IMG/VR virus record: IMGVR_UViG_3300014596_000012
Span: 2,713-66,712 of that record
Strand: one strand, 5' to 3'
Source: a virus
Taxonomy: Duplodnaviria; Caudoviricetes
Length of the DNA: 64,000 nucleotides
Shown here: piece by piece, positions 1-8,848 of the stretch
Position numbering within the stretch: the first letter of the stretch is position 1
Layout: every line of letters begins with the position of its first letter
Made by a program: the position numbers and the translations under genes
Notes under the pieces: generated by a model
The model's database searches: none
Told to the model about the DNA's origin: nothing
The model's input: the letters and a program-made list of their open reading frames with translations, nothing else

Positions 1-128
1 ATGTTACAAGAAGATGTATCAATAATCCGTACGAACTCAGAGAACTGCTTTTGCTCTAAAACCAAATCGAAAGGCAGTTCTTTGTGTAGTTCACCGATGA
101 CGAAATTCGCCATCGTGACCGTATTCAT
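1..128 (-). CDS. Partial hypothetical phage protein (truncated by window edge)
   Basis: ATG at 128 next to the stop of the upstream gene; open frame MNTVTMANFVIGELHKELPF... runs off the edge. Confidence 0.5.
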   Translation of the reverse strand, partial: MNTVTMANFVIGELHKELPFDLVLEQKQFSEFVRIIDTSSCN

Positions 129-129
129 T

Positions 130-489
130 TCAGGCATTTTGAGCCTCAATACTTTTAAATAACGACTTCATCAGATCGTAAGTTTTAGGGGCAAAACGCT
201 GTTTAACTTCTTCATTTAACAGAGTCTCAATTTCATCCCAGTGATCAACCAGAACAGCCCAATGCTTAGAGACTGCTTTCATCTGGCCAAGACGTTCACG
301 AAACTCCGGTACTGCATTAAGTAATCCTACGCAGCGCTCAAAATCAGCCGGATCACGTGGGTAAAAATGGGTTTCCCATGTTTTACCAGCTACTGGTCCG
401 CCATTCAGCAAAGTTGCCATCAGACACTTACTCGACATACCTGTATTCGCATTAAGTAGCCAGTGCATAGATTTTTGAACTTCAGTCAT
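130..489 (-). CDS. Hypothetical early phage protein
   Basis: 119-aa ORF in a tightly coupled leftward operon. Confidence 0.75.
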   Translation of the reverse strand: MTEVQKSMHWLLNANTGMSSKCLMATLLNGGPVAGKTWETHFYPRDPADFERCVGLLNAVPEFRERLGQMKAVSKHWAVLVDHWDEIETLLNEEVKQRFAPKTYDLMKSLFKSIEAQNA

Positions 490-730
490 TATTTAATTCC
501 TTGTACTGAGTAATGATGTCCACACCGCAAAAAGGGCAGTAATTTAAAGCAACACGATTCTTTTTGAATCGACCCGCCACTATTTCAAGTCGAGATGAAT
601 TAACTTCCCGCATACTCATGACCTGACCCTGAATATCACCATATTGATTGCGAGTGACTTCACTAAGAAATTCACACATTTCAATCCAGTTGCCAGTATT
701 TACACATTGTTTTCTCTTGACTTCAGTCAT
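482..730 (-). CDS. Hypothetical protein with CPFCG zinc-knuckle-like motif
   Basis: 82-aa ORF, overlaps neighbour, NYCPFCG motif. Confidence 0.7.
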   Translation of the reverse strand: MTEVKRKQCVNTGNWIEMCEFLSEVTRNQYGDIQGQVMSMREVNSSRLEIVAGRFKKNRVALNYCPFCGVDIITQYKELNND

Positions 731-731
731 A

Positions 732-1007
732 TCAGCTTCCTTGCCCTTGAATTACATAACTACGAATCTGAGCCAAAACAGAATCAAGCTCTTTGATATT
801 TATATTCTGGCTAAACATCTGACATAAGGCATGACCAGCTACGCTTCCCATAAAGTGCAATGCTTCAATTTCACTTTGATCGGCAATTTCATTTGCTGCT
901 TGGTTGAAATAAGTATTGCTAAACGCTTTTGCTAACTCTGATCCGCTTTCAGCAATCAAGCCAACGGGTTCGATGTGGTTGATCATCAGCATAGGTTTAT
1001 TGCTCAT
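732..1007 (-). CDS. Hypothetical early phage protein
   Basis: 91-aa ORF coupled to neighbours. Confidence 0.7.
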   Translation of the reverse strand: MSNKPMLMINHIEPVGLIAESGSELAKAFSNTYFNQAANEIADQSEIEALHFMGSVAGHALCQMFSQNINIKELDSVLAQIRSYVIQGQGS

Positions 1008-1363
1008 TGGTTAGCTCCTGTTAATTCTTCAATTTTTTCAGCAAGAGCGTTTGCATCAACAACAGGCAAGACACCTTCACCATCATCAGCAGAGAATGAA
1101 TTTACAGCGACCCATGATTGCAACTCATCGCCAATAGTGACTACTTCCGGTACTACTTGGGCCGCTTTCCACATTTTCCATAACTGATACGCTTGTGCTT
1201 TCATCCACCAAATTTTGTTATTTTCCTTTTCCAAAATGACGTAATCAAATGCATCTGTATTGGTGTAAGACTCAGCCCATACTTTAACGATATGAGTTTT
1301 CAAGCTTTCAGTTTTGAATCTTTCAATTTCGGCAATTAAAGCCTCTTTAGTTTGAATATCCAT
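1004..1363 (-). CDS. Hypothetical early phage protein (start reassigned to MDIQTK)
   Basis: ATG at 1363 overlaps the TGA of the upstream gene. Confidence 0.7.
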   Translation of the reverse strand: MDIQTKEALIAEIERFKTESLKTHIVKVWAESYTNTDAFDYVILEKENNKIWWMKAQAYQLWKMWKAAQVVPEVVTIGDELQSWVAVNSFSADDGEGVLPVVDANALAEKIEELTGANQ

Positions 1364-1593
1364 CACGCCACCTGTTTTAATTTTTGATACCGAGCACGGG
1401 CATAAGCACGACATGCTGATATACATTGAGGGCAACGACAGCCAGTGTTATACATGCTCATCGTGCCGTGTTTACGTTGTCTTTTTTCTACCAGTCCACA
1501 TACATACAACTTTTTCCAGTTGGTGTTCGCTGCACGACATTCATCGCAGCGACACGCATGGTTTGTATATGCAGAGATTGTCCCGTGCTTCAA
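1363..1593 (-). CDS. Small protein with two HGT-x3-Y-x3-CRC-x2-C putative Zn-binding repeats
   Basis: KHGTISAYTNHACRCDEC and KHGTMSMYNTGCRCPQC. Confidence 0.7.
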   Translation of the reverse strand: MKHGTISAYTNHACRCDECRAANTNWKKLYVCGLVEKRQRKHGTMSMYNTGCRCPQCISACRAYARARYQKLKQVA

Positions 1594-2486
1594 CGAATCA
1601 CCTCCATTTTGAGTTCCACCACATATGGATCTGGTAGTGGAGTCAGAAAGGTGACATTGTCCATTTTGAATACATGCTTCAGTACTTCTTCCAGCTGGCT
1701 TTCTGTAAGCTTTACGGTTTTTGTTTCAACCACACGATGCTCGATCCAGTTGTCGAATGGAGACTTGGCATCTTTTCCCTTTTTAAGCGTAGAGACTTTA
1801 CTCATACGAGGTTCAGCACGTACACGAGGGATATCTTTTACATAGAAAAATGTACGTTCATCACCTGAATTCTCTGAGCGTAAGCAACCAAGGTTTTCAA
1901 GTGAATAACAAGAATTACGCACCTGACGGGCAGTAAGACCTAAGGCAATAGCGACTGTTGCAGGCTTGGCACCGTGACTTTCTGATTTAATACACTCAAT
2001 AATTCGTGCACGAATAGGTTTGCTTTCATCTTGAGGAGTTTCAGGTAGAGGTTGTTCTATCTTGAAAGGTGTCCCTGGAATAATGTTAAGCAAATTGGTC
2101 GGTGTGATTTTGGCATCAAAGCCTTCTACACCAACGACCTGAGGTGCTGGAGGAGTAGGGAGATCACTTTTAACCGGGTTTTTAGCTACTTCTCTGACCT
2201 TACCTGTCTTTGGATTTACTACCAATTGAGTTTCTTTTTGAACTACTGGCTCAGCATGTACTTGATCGGTTGTCTGGGTGGTGTGATAGACACCTAACTC
2301 ATCCAGGTGAATTTTTTCGTCTTGCACTAACACAGCAAGGCAGTTCTTGACCGTTTTCAGCGACATTTTTGAATTATTCGCAATTTGTGCAGCAGATAAA
2401 CCAAACGGATCATTGGTCAGTGTGTCGAGCACTTTGCCAAGGTTTTTATCCATTTTTAAGCTGTTAAGATCTTTAATATTTGTCAT
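1590..2486 (-). CDS. Putative DNA-binding protein with two winged-helix-like segments
   Basis: LSAAQIANNSKMSLKTVKNCLAVL and AKPATVAIALGLTARQVRNSCYSL joined by a Pro-rich linker. Confidence 0.65.
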   Translation of the reverse strand: MTNIKDLNSLKMDKNLGKVLDTLTNDPFGLSAAQIANNSKMSLKTVKNCLAVLVQDEKIHLDELGVYHTTQTTDQVHAEPVVQKETQLVVNPKTGKVREVAKNPVKSDLPTPPAPQVVGVEGFDAKITPTNLLNIIPGTPFKIEQPLPETPQDESKPIRARIIECIKSESHGAKPATVAIALGLTARQVRNSCYSLENLGCLRSENSGDERTFFYVKDIPRVRAEPRMSKVSTLKKGKDAKSPFDNWIEHRVVETKTVKLTESQLEEVLKHVFKMDNVTFLTPLPDPYVVELKMEVIR

Positions 2487-2509
2487 GAGCAAAGTCCCGA
2501 ATAGTAAAA

Positions 2510-2734
2510 TTAGTGCATCATGCCGTGATGTTTTAATTTTTTACGCAGTGTTCCCCGGTTCAAACCTAGAGTCTCTGCTGTAAGCGTTTGATTTCCCCGG
2601 CACTTAACAATTGCTATTTGCAGCAAATGCACTTCCAGTTGTTCAACTGCAGCGCGGAATGCATCCCCTTTACTGATTTCAACGATGTGCTCAAGTTCTT
2701 CCTTGCTGATCGTTAATAATTTTTTCTCAACCAT
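2510..2734 (-). CDS. Fis-family (HTH_8) DNA-binding protein
   Basis: C-terminal RGNQTLTAETLGLNRGTLRKKLK matches the Fis HTH signature (GNQTRAA..MGINRGTLRKKLK). Confidence 0.82.
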   Translation of the reverse strand: MVEKKLLTISKEELEHIVEISKGDAFRAAVEQLEVHLLQIAIVKCRGNQTLTAETLGLNRGTLRKKLKHHGMMH

Positions 2735-2747
2735 GCTGTATTTCCCC

Positions 2748-3080
2748 TTAAGACGTTTGAATGACGCGAATCTGTGAATTCAATTTTTTGATAAAGGCCG
2801 AGCCTTGTTTGAAATAAACTTTAAAAAATACCTGGTAACGCTTTTTGCCTTCCGCATTGAGGTGCTCTGAAGAAGTGATCGTGACTTGGCCACGGGTAGG
2901 GTGTGCCAGAGTCACCATATTTTTCTTTTTACAGACGCTTAAAATGCGGTACTGATCATTGAGTAAGAATGCAAAGAATGCCTTTCTCATGGTCAGGTCA
3001 ATCGACCCCACCGGCTTGGTGGGATCTGGTAAATGGTTCAGGTAGGTCAGATCCTTTTGTTCAATTTGTACGTCTTGCAT
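2748..3080 (-). CDS. Hypothetical early phage protein
   Basis: 110-aa ORF in operon. Confidence 0.7.
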   Translation of the reverse strand: MQDVQIEQKDLTYLNHLPDPTKPVGSIDLTMRKAFFAFLLNDQYRILSVCKKKNMVTLAHPTRGQVTITSSEHLNAEGKKRYQVFFKVYFKQGSAFIKKLNSQIRVIQTS

Positions 3081-3083
3081 TGT

Positions 3084-4169
3084 TTATTCTCGGCCTGTGA
3101 ATTCGTAACCCAGCTGATCCGCACGTGCTTGACACGTTTTCAGGATCGTTGGATAAAACTCAGAATTTCGGAAGATCTCCAGAGCGCTACTTAAAACACT
3201 CATATCTTCAACCTGAGGTATGGTTTTAAGAGCCTGGTTGAAACGAGTTTTCAAATCGTCTTTTTGCGTGTTCTGGGTGCTTTGCTGTTGTGCAGCGGCT
3301 TGACTAGACTTCTGGGCAATAATTCCCCGGATACCTTCACAGGTTTCTTCAAATTTTTGTTGCTGAACGTCATGCAGACTGTTCAATCCACGTTTTGCGC
3401 AGTACTTCTCAATATCAATACCTGCCTGTTGCATGAGATATTGAAGTTCTAAAAACTGATTACCGTCGATACATGCATCAGCAGAACCAGAATTCAGCCA
3501 CCGCTTAAGTGCTATACCATCGGCTTCAGTCAGCGGTCTTGGTTCAATGAATAAACGTGTACGGTCTTTAGTGGCAATGGCTAAGTTTTCATGAGTAAGA
3601 TCTAGAACTGTGGTGAACTCGTATTCAATACCTTCACGCTGCTCGGCCTTCATGCCCACTTTTTCAACTTTCTTTTTTCCGCCATTGTTGGTTTGCACGG
3701 TTTCCATTTTTGAGCGTAAGGTCACAATGATATTGATGCTGGACTGCAACATCGCATCAATAAATTTACGATGACGCGGTGTTACTTCACTCCATGCTCC
3801 CCAGGTGTTACCACGGAACGTTGTGCTACCCAATTTATCTACGATTTCTAGACAGCCACCGACACCCGACCACTCATGGGTAATGCTATCCAGAATTAAA
3901 GTGTCAAAGCCTGCTGCCTCAGCTGCCTTGATTGCATCAATGAATTTTTCAGGTGTATAAGGCGGCTGTAAATTTGCATGTTCAAATGCAACAATATCTT
4001 CATACAGTTCAGCACTACTGTTTTCCGTGTCTGCAACCGCAATACGACCGCCAATACCTTTGGCCAGCATTAAAGCGCCATAGGTTTTACCCGCACCAGT
4101 AGGACCAGAGACAGCTAAGCGTAACTTTGCGTTTTTACGTTGAGCCGGTTTAAAAAATACGTTTGTCAT
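3084..4169 (-). CDS. AAA-family ATPase, Sak4/AAA_24-like phage recombination protein
   Basis: Walker A GPTGAGKT, ADTE, LILDSITHEW, GIEYEF motifs. Confidence 0.8.
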   Translation of the reverse strand: MTNVFFKPAQRKNAKLRLAVSGPTGAGKTYGALMLAKGIGGRIAVADTENSSAELYEDIVAFEHANLQPPYTPEKFIDAIKAAEAAGFDTLILDSITHEWSGVGGCLEIVDKLGSTTFRGNTWGAWSEVTPRHRKFIDAMLQSSINIIVTLRSKMETVQTNNGGKKKVEKVGMKAEQREGIEYEFTTVLDLTHENLAIATKDRTRLFIEPRPLTEADGIALKRWLNSGSADACIDGNQFLELQYLMQQAGIDIEKYCAKRGLNSLHDVQQQKFEETCEGIRGIIAQKSSQAAAQQQSTQNTQKDDLKTRFNQALKTIPQVEDMSVLSSALEIFRNSEFYPTILKTCQARADQLGYEFTGRE

Positions 4170-4194
4170 GATTTTTCCCTCAAAAAATCAAAAA

Positions 4195-4581
4195 TTAATG
4201 AGCGCGTGAACGACGTGACCAGTCACGGTATTCATCCGAGCTATAAAAACCTGAGTTCACACGTGCTTTATGTGCCTGGCTGCGTATCTCACGTTTTTTG
4301 CGTGACTGTGCATTTACAATTGGTTGGCGGGCTTGGTTTAATGCCTTGATCAGCCATTCTTTCTGATCAGCTAGTTCGATTAGCGTCATGCTGCCGTCAA
4401 TCGCCTGTTTATGAACTTCAAAACCTGCGATGTTTCCCGATTTATGGGCATTCACACTGCTTTTGCGCTTAAGGACATAAGTCACTGGGCAATCTGTACC
4501 TACACGGTAGCGTTCACAGTAGTAGGTTAGAAAATTTGGATCTTCCTGCTGGAAGCTGTCGATGTGTTCTGCAAATTTCAT
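4195..4581 (-). CDS. Hypothetical early phage protein
   Basis: 128-aa ORF coupled to neighbours. Confidence 0.7.
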   Translation of the reverse strand: MKFAEHIDSFQQEDPNFLTYYCERYRVGTDCPVTYVLKRKSSVNAHKSGNIAGFEVHKQAIDGSMTLIELADQKEWLIKALNQARQPIVNAQSRKKREIRSQAHKARVNSGFYSSDEYRDWSRRSRAH

Positions 4582-4829
4582 TTCGCTTCTCCTACTGCTT
4601 TGGCGATAGCTTCTGCCTGGTATGCAGATTCCTTATCTGCTGCATACCCAGCCATTAAGGCAAGGCCCATAAAGATTGAAAAAAGAACCATCCAAGCAGC
4701 CACATTCGAAGCGACTTCTTTCACTATGGATTGCTTTGGTTTTGGAGCAGGGTGTTGCAACAAACGTTCAGAAGTCATGCGTGACTGACCGAACTCCGGC
4801 AGGTTGCTTTGGATAGGGTTGTCATTCAT
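4578..4829 (-). CDS. Small membrane protein (start likely MNDNP)
   Basis: Hydrophobic helix VAAWMVLFSIFMGLALMAGYA; the longer TTG start overlaps an operator. Confidence 0.6.
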   Translation of the reverse strand: MNDNPIQSNLPEFGQSRMTSERLLQHPAPKPKQSIVKEVASNVAAWMVLFSIFMGLALMAGYAADKESAYQAEAIAKAVGEAK

Positions 4830-4913
4830 AATAATTTCACTCACAGGTTGTTGTGGGTCATGCTCCAGGTAGTTACCGCTACGCTGGGGCTTTTTGTTTG
4901 CTATGTGATGTAT

Positions 4914-4985
4914 GTTCAATTAATTGAACTAAAATGTCAATAATATGTTCAATAAATAATGTAAAAAATATTCAATTATTTGAAC
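4914..4985. promoter_or_regulatory. Left operator region, two GTTCA-N6-TGAAC boxes
   Basis: GTTCA-ATTAAT-TGAAC 4914-4929; ATTCA-ATTATT-TGAAC 4970-4985; same palindrome upstream of cro. Confidence 0.65.
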
Positions 4986-5001
4986 TTCGTGTTCTGAAGG
5001 C

Positions 5002-5030
5002 AAAAGAAAACCCACCGCTAAGGGTGGGTT
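5002..5030 (-). terminator. Intrinsic terminator of the cI operon
   Basis: AACCCACC/GGTGGGTT stem with U-rich tail on the minus strand. Confidence 0.7.
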
Positions 5031-5057
5031 GGTTGATATTGTATTTTTATATTTTGG

Positions 5058-5528
5058 CTATCTAACGTGGCTTAATCTATGCTTTAAAGCCATTTCCTGT
5101 AGTGTGGCAATAAGGGTTTTGCCATTCATCTTTGCTATATGTGCAGCTTTAACATGGTGTGAAGCTATACCTTCAGGTTGTATATAAGCACTCTCCACAA
5201 CGCCAGCTCCTTTTAGAACTTCAAGAGCAAACCCAACCCGTTCACCATTCCTTTTTTTACCCATACATACTAGAACAGTAGCTCCTGTATGTTTTGATAA
5301 ACGAGGATCATTGTAAGCGCTAAAATTTACAGACGAAGAATTAATGCCTTCCTTAGCAAACCAATTTTCTGCCTCATCCAATGCATTAAACGCTTCGTAA
5401 GATTTTGCTTTTGATCTCATGGAGATAAAGGCCCATAGAGCAAGTACAACTATGGCACCAATAATAAATCCACCCACTTTATTCTCCCCCCGATCCAAAA
5501 TGGCCATGTCGGGTTCATGGCTTCTCAA
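5058..5528 (-). CDS. Membrane-anchored protein downstream of cI
   Basis: N-terminal TM helix GFIIGAIVVLALWAFISM; immunity-operon position. Confidence 0.7.
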   Translation of the reverse strand: MRSHEPDMAILDRGENKVGGFIIGAIVVLALWAFISMRSKAKSYEAFNALDEAENWFAKEGINSSSVNFSAYNDPRLSKHTGATVLVCMGKKRNGERVGFALEVLKGAGVVESAYIQPEGIASHHVKAAHIAKMNGKTLIATLQEMALKHRLSHVR

Positions 5529-5547
5529 TGCTATTTATTTGTACTAT

Positions 5548-5736
5548 CTATTTGGTTTTTTGATCTTTGCTAAATTGAGCCATTTCCTCCATGCTTAGGA
5601 CAGGTATATATACACTGTCACCAAGCTCTTCACGCAATTCAATAACTTCTTCTTTTGAAAGAGTAAGCTCTTGATTGAGATCAGCCGCTCTATTCAACTT
5701 TTCAATGATTTGATTCATTAATTGGACTGTAGACAT
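5548..5736 (-). CDS. Small hypothetical protein in cI operon
   Basis: 62-aa ORF directly after cI. Confidence 0.6.
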   Translation of the reverse strand: MSTVQLMNQIIEKLNRAADLNQELTLSKEEVIELREELGDSVYIPVLSMEEMAQFSKDQKTK

Positions 5737-5751
5737 ATTTAATCCTTGTTA

Positions 5752-6432
5752 TTAACCTGCACGCCAAATTTGACGGCCCATAACTTTGAAGTTTTTCCCA
5801 TTTTCTTCTGTGACTACTTTATCTCGATACTTTTCATTAAGACTATGGAGAATCAAAGAGCCATCAGCTTCTTTAAATATCTGTTTAATCATTCCTTCTC
5901 CAGCAAGATAAACAGCATAAATTTCACCATCAATAATATTTGTCTGGGATAGATTGATACCCACCAAATCACCATCTTTAATAAAATCAGCCATGCTGTC
6001 ACCTTTGGCTTTTATAATTTTCATGGTTTGTTCTGTGACATTTTTATCTTTTAAAAAAGAAGGTGGAAAGGGAATTTTTCCGTTTATAGCATCAAAGTGA
6101 AATTCAATAGATTCACCCTCACCACATGAAAAATTCGCCTCAACTACCTCTATCCAAACAAAGTGATCACGAATCTCGTCATTAGTAACAACTGTCTCCA
6201 ATATTTGATCTGTGTGAAAAGAACCAGAAATTTCACCGGTTAAAAGCCAGTGAGATGTTGTTTTTAAGGCTTTAGATAAGGCCTCAATATGTTTTGCACT
6301 AGGGTTGTTACTACCATTTACCCAGCCGGAAACCGTTCCTCGGGCAGCACCAGTTGACCGCATTAAGTCTGCTTGTGAAAGATCAAGCTCCGCCATGCGT
6401 TGTTGAATTCGGTCTGATACAGATTGGTACAT
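5752..6432 (-). CDS. cI: CI-like repressor, HTH plus S24 autopeptidase
   Basis: HTH SQADLMRSTGAARGTVSGWVNG; catalytic GDSM and MIKQI; probable Cys-Gly cleavage site FSCGEG. Confidence 0.92.
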   Translation of the reverse strand: MYQSVSDRIQQRMAELDLSQADLMRSTGAARGTVSGWVNGSNNPSAKHIEALSKALKTTSHWLLTGEISGSFHTDQILETVVTNDEIRDHFVWIEVVEANFSCGEGESIEFHFDAINGKIPFPPSFLKDKNVTEQTMKIIKAKGDSMADFIKDGDLVGINLSQTNIIDGEIYAVYLAGEGMIKQIFKEADGSLILHSLNEKYRDKVVTEENGKNFKVMGRQIWRAG

Positions 6433-6454
6433 GGGAAAAATCTCACTTATTTGT

Positions 6455-6537
6455 GTTCAAAATTATGAACAAATAAATTGACAATTACCTGAACGTATAG
6501 TTCAATTAATGAAACTAAATAGTTCAGGTTTTTGAAT
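6455..6537. promoter_or_regulatory. Right operator region (cI/cro switch)
   Basis: GTTCA-N6-TGAAC 6455-6470, variants at 6479-6494 and 6500-6515, GTTCA-N6-TGAAT 6522-6537. Confidence 0.7.
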
Positions 6538-6726
6538 ATGACTGTTGATCAGCTAATCGCTTTTTATGAAGTGAAAAATAAGTCACAACTAGCCCAAAAA
6601 ATTTCTGCTGCTCGTTCAACTATTACAGAGTGGGAGAAAAACGGTATTCCACCACGCACTCAAGCATCATTTGAGGTTTTGACAAATGGTGCACTAAAGG
6701 CTGACCGAAAAGTTCTTCTAGTTTAG
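6538..6726 (+). CDS. cro: Cro-like repressor
   Basis: Small HTH divergent from cI: KSQLAQKISAARSTITEWEKNGIP. Confidence 0.8.
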   Translation: MTVDQLIAFYEVKNKSQLAQKISAARSTITEWEKNGIPPRTQASFEVLTNGALKADRKVLLV

Positions 6727-6734
6727 GAAAAACA

Positions 6735-7013
6735 ATGACCAGGCAACGACGACCTAAAAAAGATGCATCCATCACTATGCATATGCCACAAGCCATTAAA
6801 GACCAGTTAGCTGGTTTAGCTGAAGTGCAACGCGCTGGGCAGGGTGCTAGTGAATATATTTTTGAAACTTTAATCATGCCTCATCTCGATCAGTTAAGAG
6901 CTGAGACCAAGATTAAACAAAGGATATTTGGTTTGACAGGGAACGATAAGAACTATGAGCACCGCTCAGATTTATCAGATCGGAATGACCAAATAGGCAA
7001 AGAAAAAGCCTGA
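6735..7013 (+). CDS. CII-position regulatory protein
   Basis: 92-aa ORF after cro, ribbon-helix-helix-like N-terminus. Confidence 0.55.
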   Translation: MTRQRRPKKDASITMHMPQAIKDQLAGLAEVQRAGQGASEYIFETLIMPHLDQLRAETKIKQRIFGLTGNDKNYEHRSDLSDRNDQIGKEKA

Positions 7014-7033
7014 TGTATCAGATCAGGCTTTTT
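7003..7033. terminator. Bidirectional terminator-like hairpin (tR1-like)
   Basis: AAAAAGCCTGA / TCAGGCTTTTT 11-bp stem. Confidence 0.7.
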
Positions 7034-7062
7034 AAGTGTTTCAATCTTTGGAGATTAAAACG

Positions 7063-7848
7063 ATGAATTCAATCACACAAATTCAGCCTAATAATACCAC
7101 ACAGCAAGTTACTATGTCATCACCGGAACTTGTTGAATTTATTAACAAACATCGTAAAGAAGTTGCGACTGCTGAAAAGCCATTTGTTGAGTTACAACAT
7201 CGTAGTTTTATGGCTAAAGTTCCGCAGGTTTTAGGTGTAGATGCAGCTGCAAAATTTCTTGCGGCTGATAATTACACGAATGGCACTGGTGGAACTGTGC
7301 AACGCCAAATCTACCGCTTTCCAAAACGCGAATCTTGTCTTTTGGCCATGTCATACAGCTATGAGTTACAGGCCCAAGTCTTTGACCGCATGACAGCGAT
7401 GGAAGAAGCCCTGAAACAACCTGTCGCATTACTTCCAGACTTCACTGATCCAGCTGCTGCTGCACGTGCCTGGGCCGAACAATTTGAAGCCAAGCAGTTG
7501 GCACAACAACAAGTTGCTGAACTGGCACCCAAGGCTGAGGCACTCGACACCATTGCTGATACGTCAAATACCTACTGTTTACGGGACTGTGCGAAAACCA
7601 TCGGCATCCGTGAATCCGATCTAATCAAACTTCTGATAGACAAAAAATGGATCTATCGAGATGCGGATCGCAAGCTGCAGCCGCATGCTCAATACGTTTT
7701 GAACAAGGTATTTACCAACCGTACGTCACCAGTGATCGTGAATCGCAATGATGGGAAAGAACGCGTTTTCTTACATATGCGCGTTACTGCATTCGGCCTG
7801 ACCCGCATTACTGGGTTGGTCAACAAAAATAGAAAGGTAGCTGCATGA
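7063..7848 (+). CDS. Phage antirepressor (Rha-like N-terminus, KilAC/ANT C-terminus)
   Basis: LPDFTDPAAAARAWAEQ linker, LAPKAEALD, KKWIYR...HAQY, RVTAFGL; GGAG RBS before ATG 7063. Confidence 0.8.
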   Translation: MNSITQIQPNNTTQQVTMSSPELVEFINKHRKEVATAEKPFVELQHRSFMAKVPQVLGVDAAAKFLAADNYTNGTGGTVQRQIYRFPKRESCLLAMSYSYELQAQVFDRMTAMEEALKQPVALLPDFTDPAAAARAWAEQFEAKQLAQQQVAELAPKAEALDTIADTSNTYCLRDCAKTIGIRESDLIKLLIDKKWIYRDADRKLQPHAQYVLNKVFTNRTSPVIVNRNDGKERVFLHMRVTAFGLTRITGLVNKNRKVAA

Positions 7849-8789
7849 GTTTAGACGCAACCACCTGGGCATGGAAAGTGCGCCAGAAACAAAAGGCGGG
7901 CGGAAGTACTAAACCTCTTAAGCGGTTAGTCCTTCTGTCACTGGCCGATCGAGCAGGTGAGGACCATTGTGCTTATCCAAGTGTTGCACGTCTGGTGGAA
8001 GACACTGAGATGGATCGAAAGACTGTGCTCAAAATTATTGATGAGCTGATTCAAGACGGATTAATTGAAGATACTGGTGAAAGAAAGGGCAGAACCAAGC
8101 AGGTTAAAGTCTATCGTTTGGTCGGTGTAAATGGCCGTGAAACAGTCCCAACAACGGAACTCTTTGACGCTGAAAACGAGGATTTAAAGGGTCCCAATAT
8201 TGGAACAGTCCCAACAACGGAACAGTTCCAACGTTCCGCGGAAAGAGTCCCAACGTTCCGTGGAAAGAGTCCCAACGTTGGGACACGGAATCTTTCAAAG
8301 AATCTATCAATAGAATCTAAAAATAAAAAATCATGGTTTTGTTTTAACAAACTTCGTGAAGAAATATTTTTGACCGATGACAGTATCGATTTTGAAATCA
8401 TCGTGGATTCGAAATGGATTGAACGTGAAAAACGTGCCTTTGAAGTTTACAACGCTGAAAAACCAATGAGCGATGAGCTGATGATTTATCACTTCGCTGA
8501 CTGGGTGATCAACGCATACCGAAATAAATATTCAAAAGAAACTTCTGCAAAACCTGCAGGTACGAAATACCAAAGCCAGCACCTTTCTGAAAAACAGATT
8601 TTTACATTCGCTGAAAAACTTTCACACCACCCAGAGTTCACAAGCAAGTTCAGTGAACCAGGTGAGACTTACGAAAAACTTGCTGCCCGTATCGCCGTGA
8701 AACTCAAAGATCCGGCCCAGGCGAAGAAGTGGGAAGGTTATTTAAAACAGGTTGGGTTTAATGGGGATTTACCTGATATCGCTGCTTAA
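7845..8789 (+). CDS. Phage replication initiator (HTH_36-like)
   Basis: LVLLSLADRAGEDHCAYPSVARLVEDTEMDRKTV; internal iterons. Confidence 0.85.
   Translation: MSLDATTWAWKVRQKQKAGGSTKPLKRLVLLSLADRAGEDHCAYPSVARLVEDTEMDRKTVLKIIDELIQDGLIEDTGERKGRTKQVKVYRLVGVNGRETVPTTELFDAENEDLKGPNIGTVPTTEQFQRSAERVPTFRGKSPNVGTRNLSKNLSIESKNKKSWFCFNKLREEIFLTDDSIDFEIIVDSKWIEREKRAFEVYNAEKPMSDELMIYHFADWVINAYRNKYSKETSAKPAGTKYQSQHLSEKQIFTFAEKLSHHPEFTSKFSEPGETYEKLAARIAVKLKDPAQAKKWEGYLKQVGFNGDLPDIAA
8145..8284 (+). repeat. Replication-origin iterons, six GTCCCAAC-type repeats
   Basis: Copies at 8145, 8191, 8208, 8225, 8247, 8269; last is near-palindromic GTCCCAACGTTGGGAC. Confidence 0.75.
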
Positions 8790-8848
8790 CACAGGCAGGT
8801 TCAGGATCTCTATCAAAAATTAATTAAGCATCTTCGAGGGGAATTGAG

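Noticed and set aside
6478-6501. Sigma70 promoter TTGACA...TATAGT for cro
   Set aside because: Spacer is only 12 nt, so exact promoter not called
8145-8284. CRISPR-like array
   Set aside because: Short repeats with irregular tiny spacers inside a coding gene and no cas genes; these are iterons
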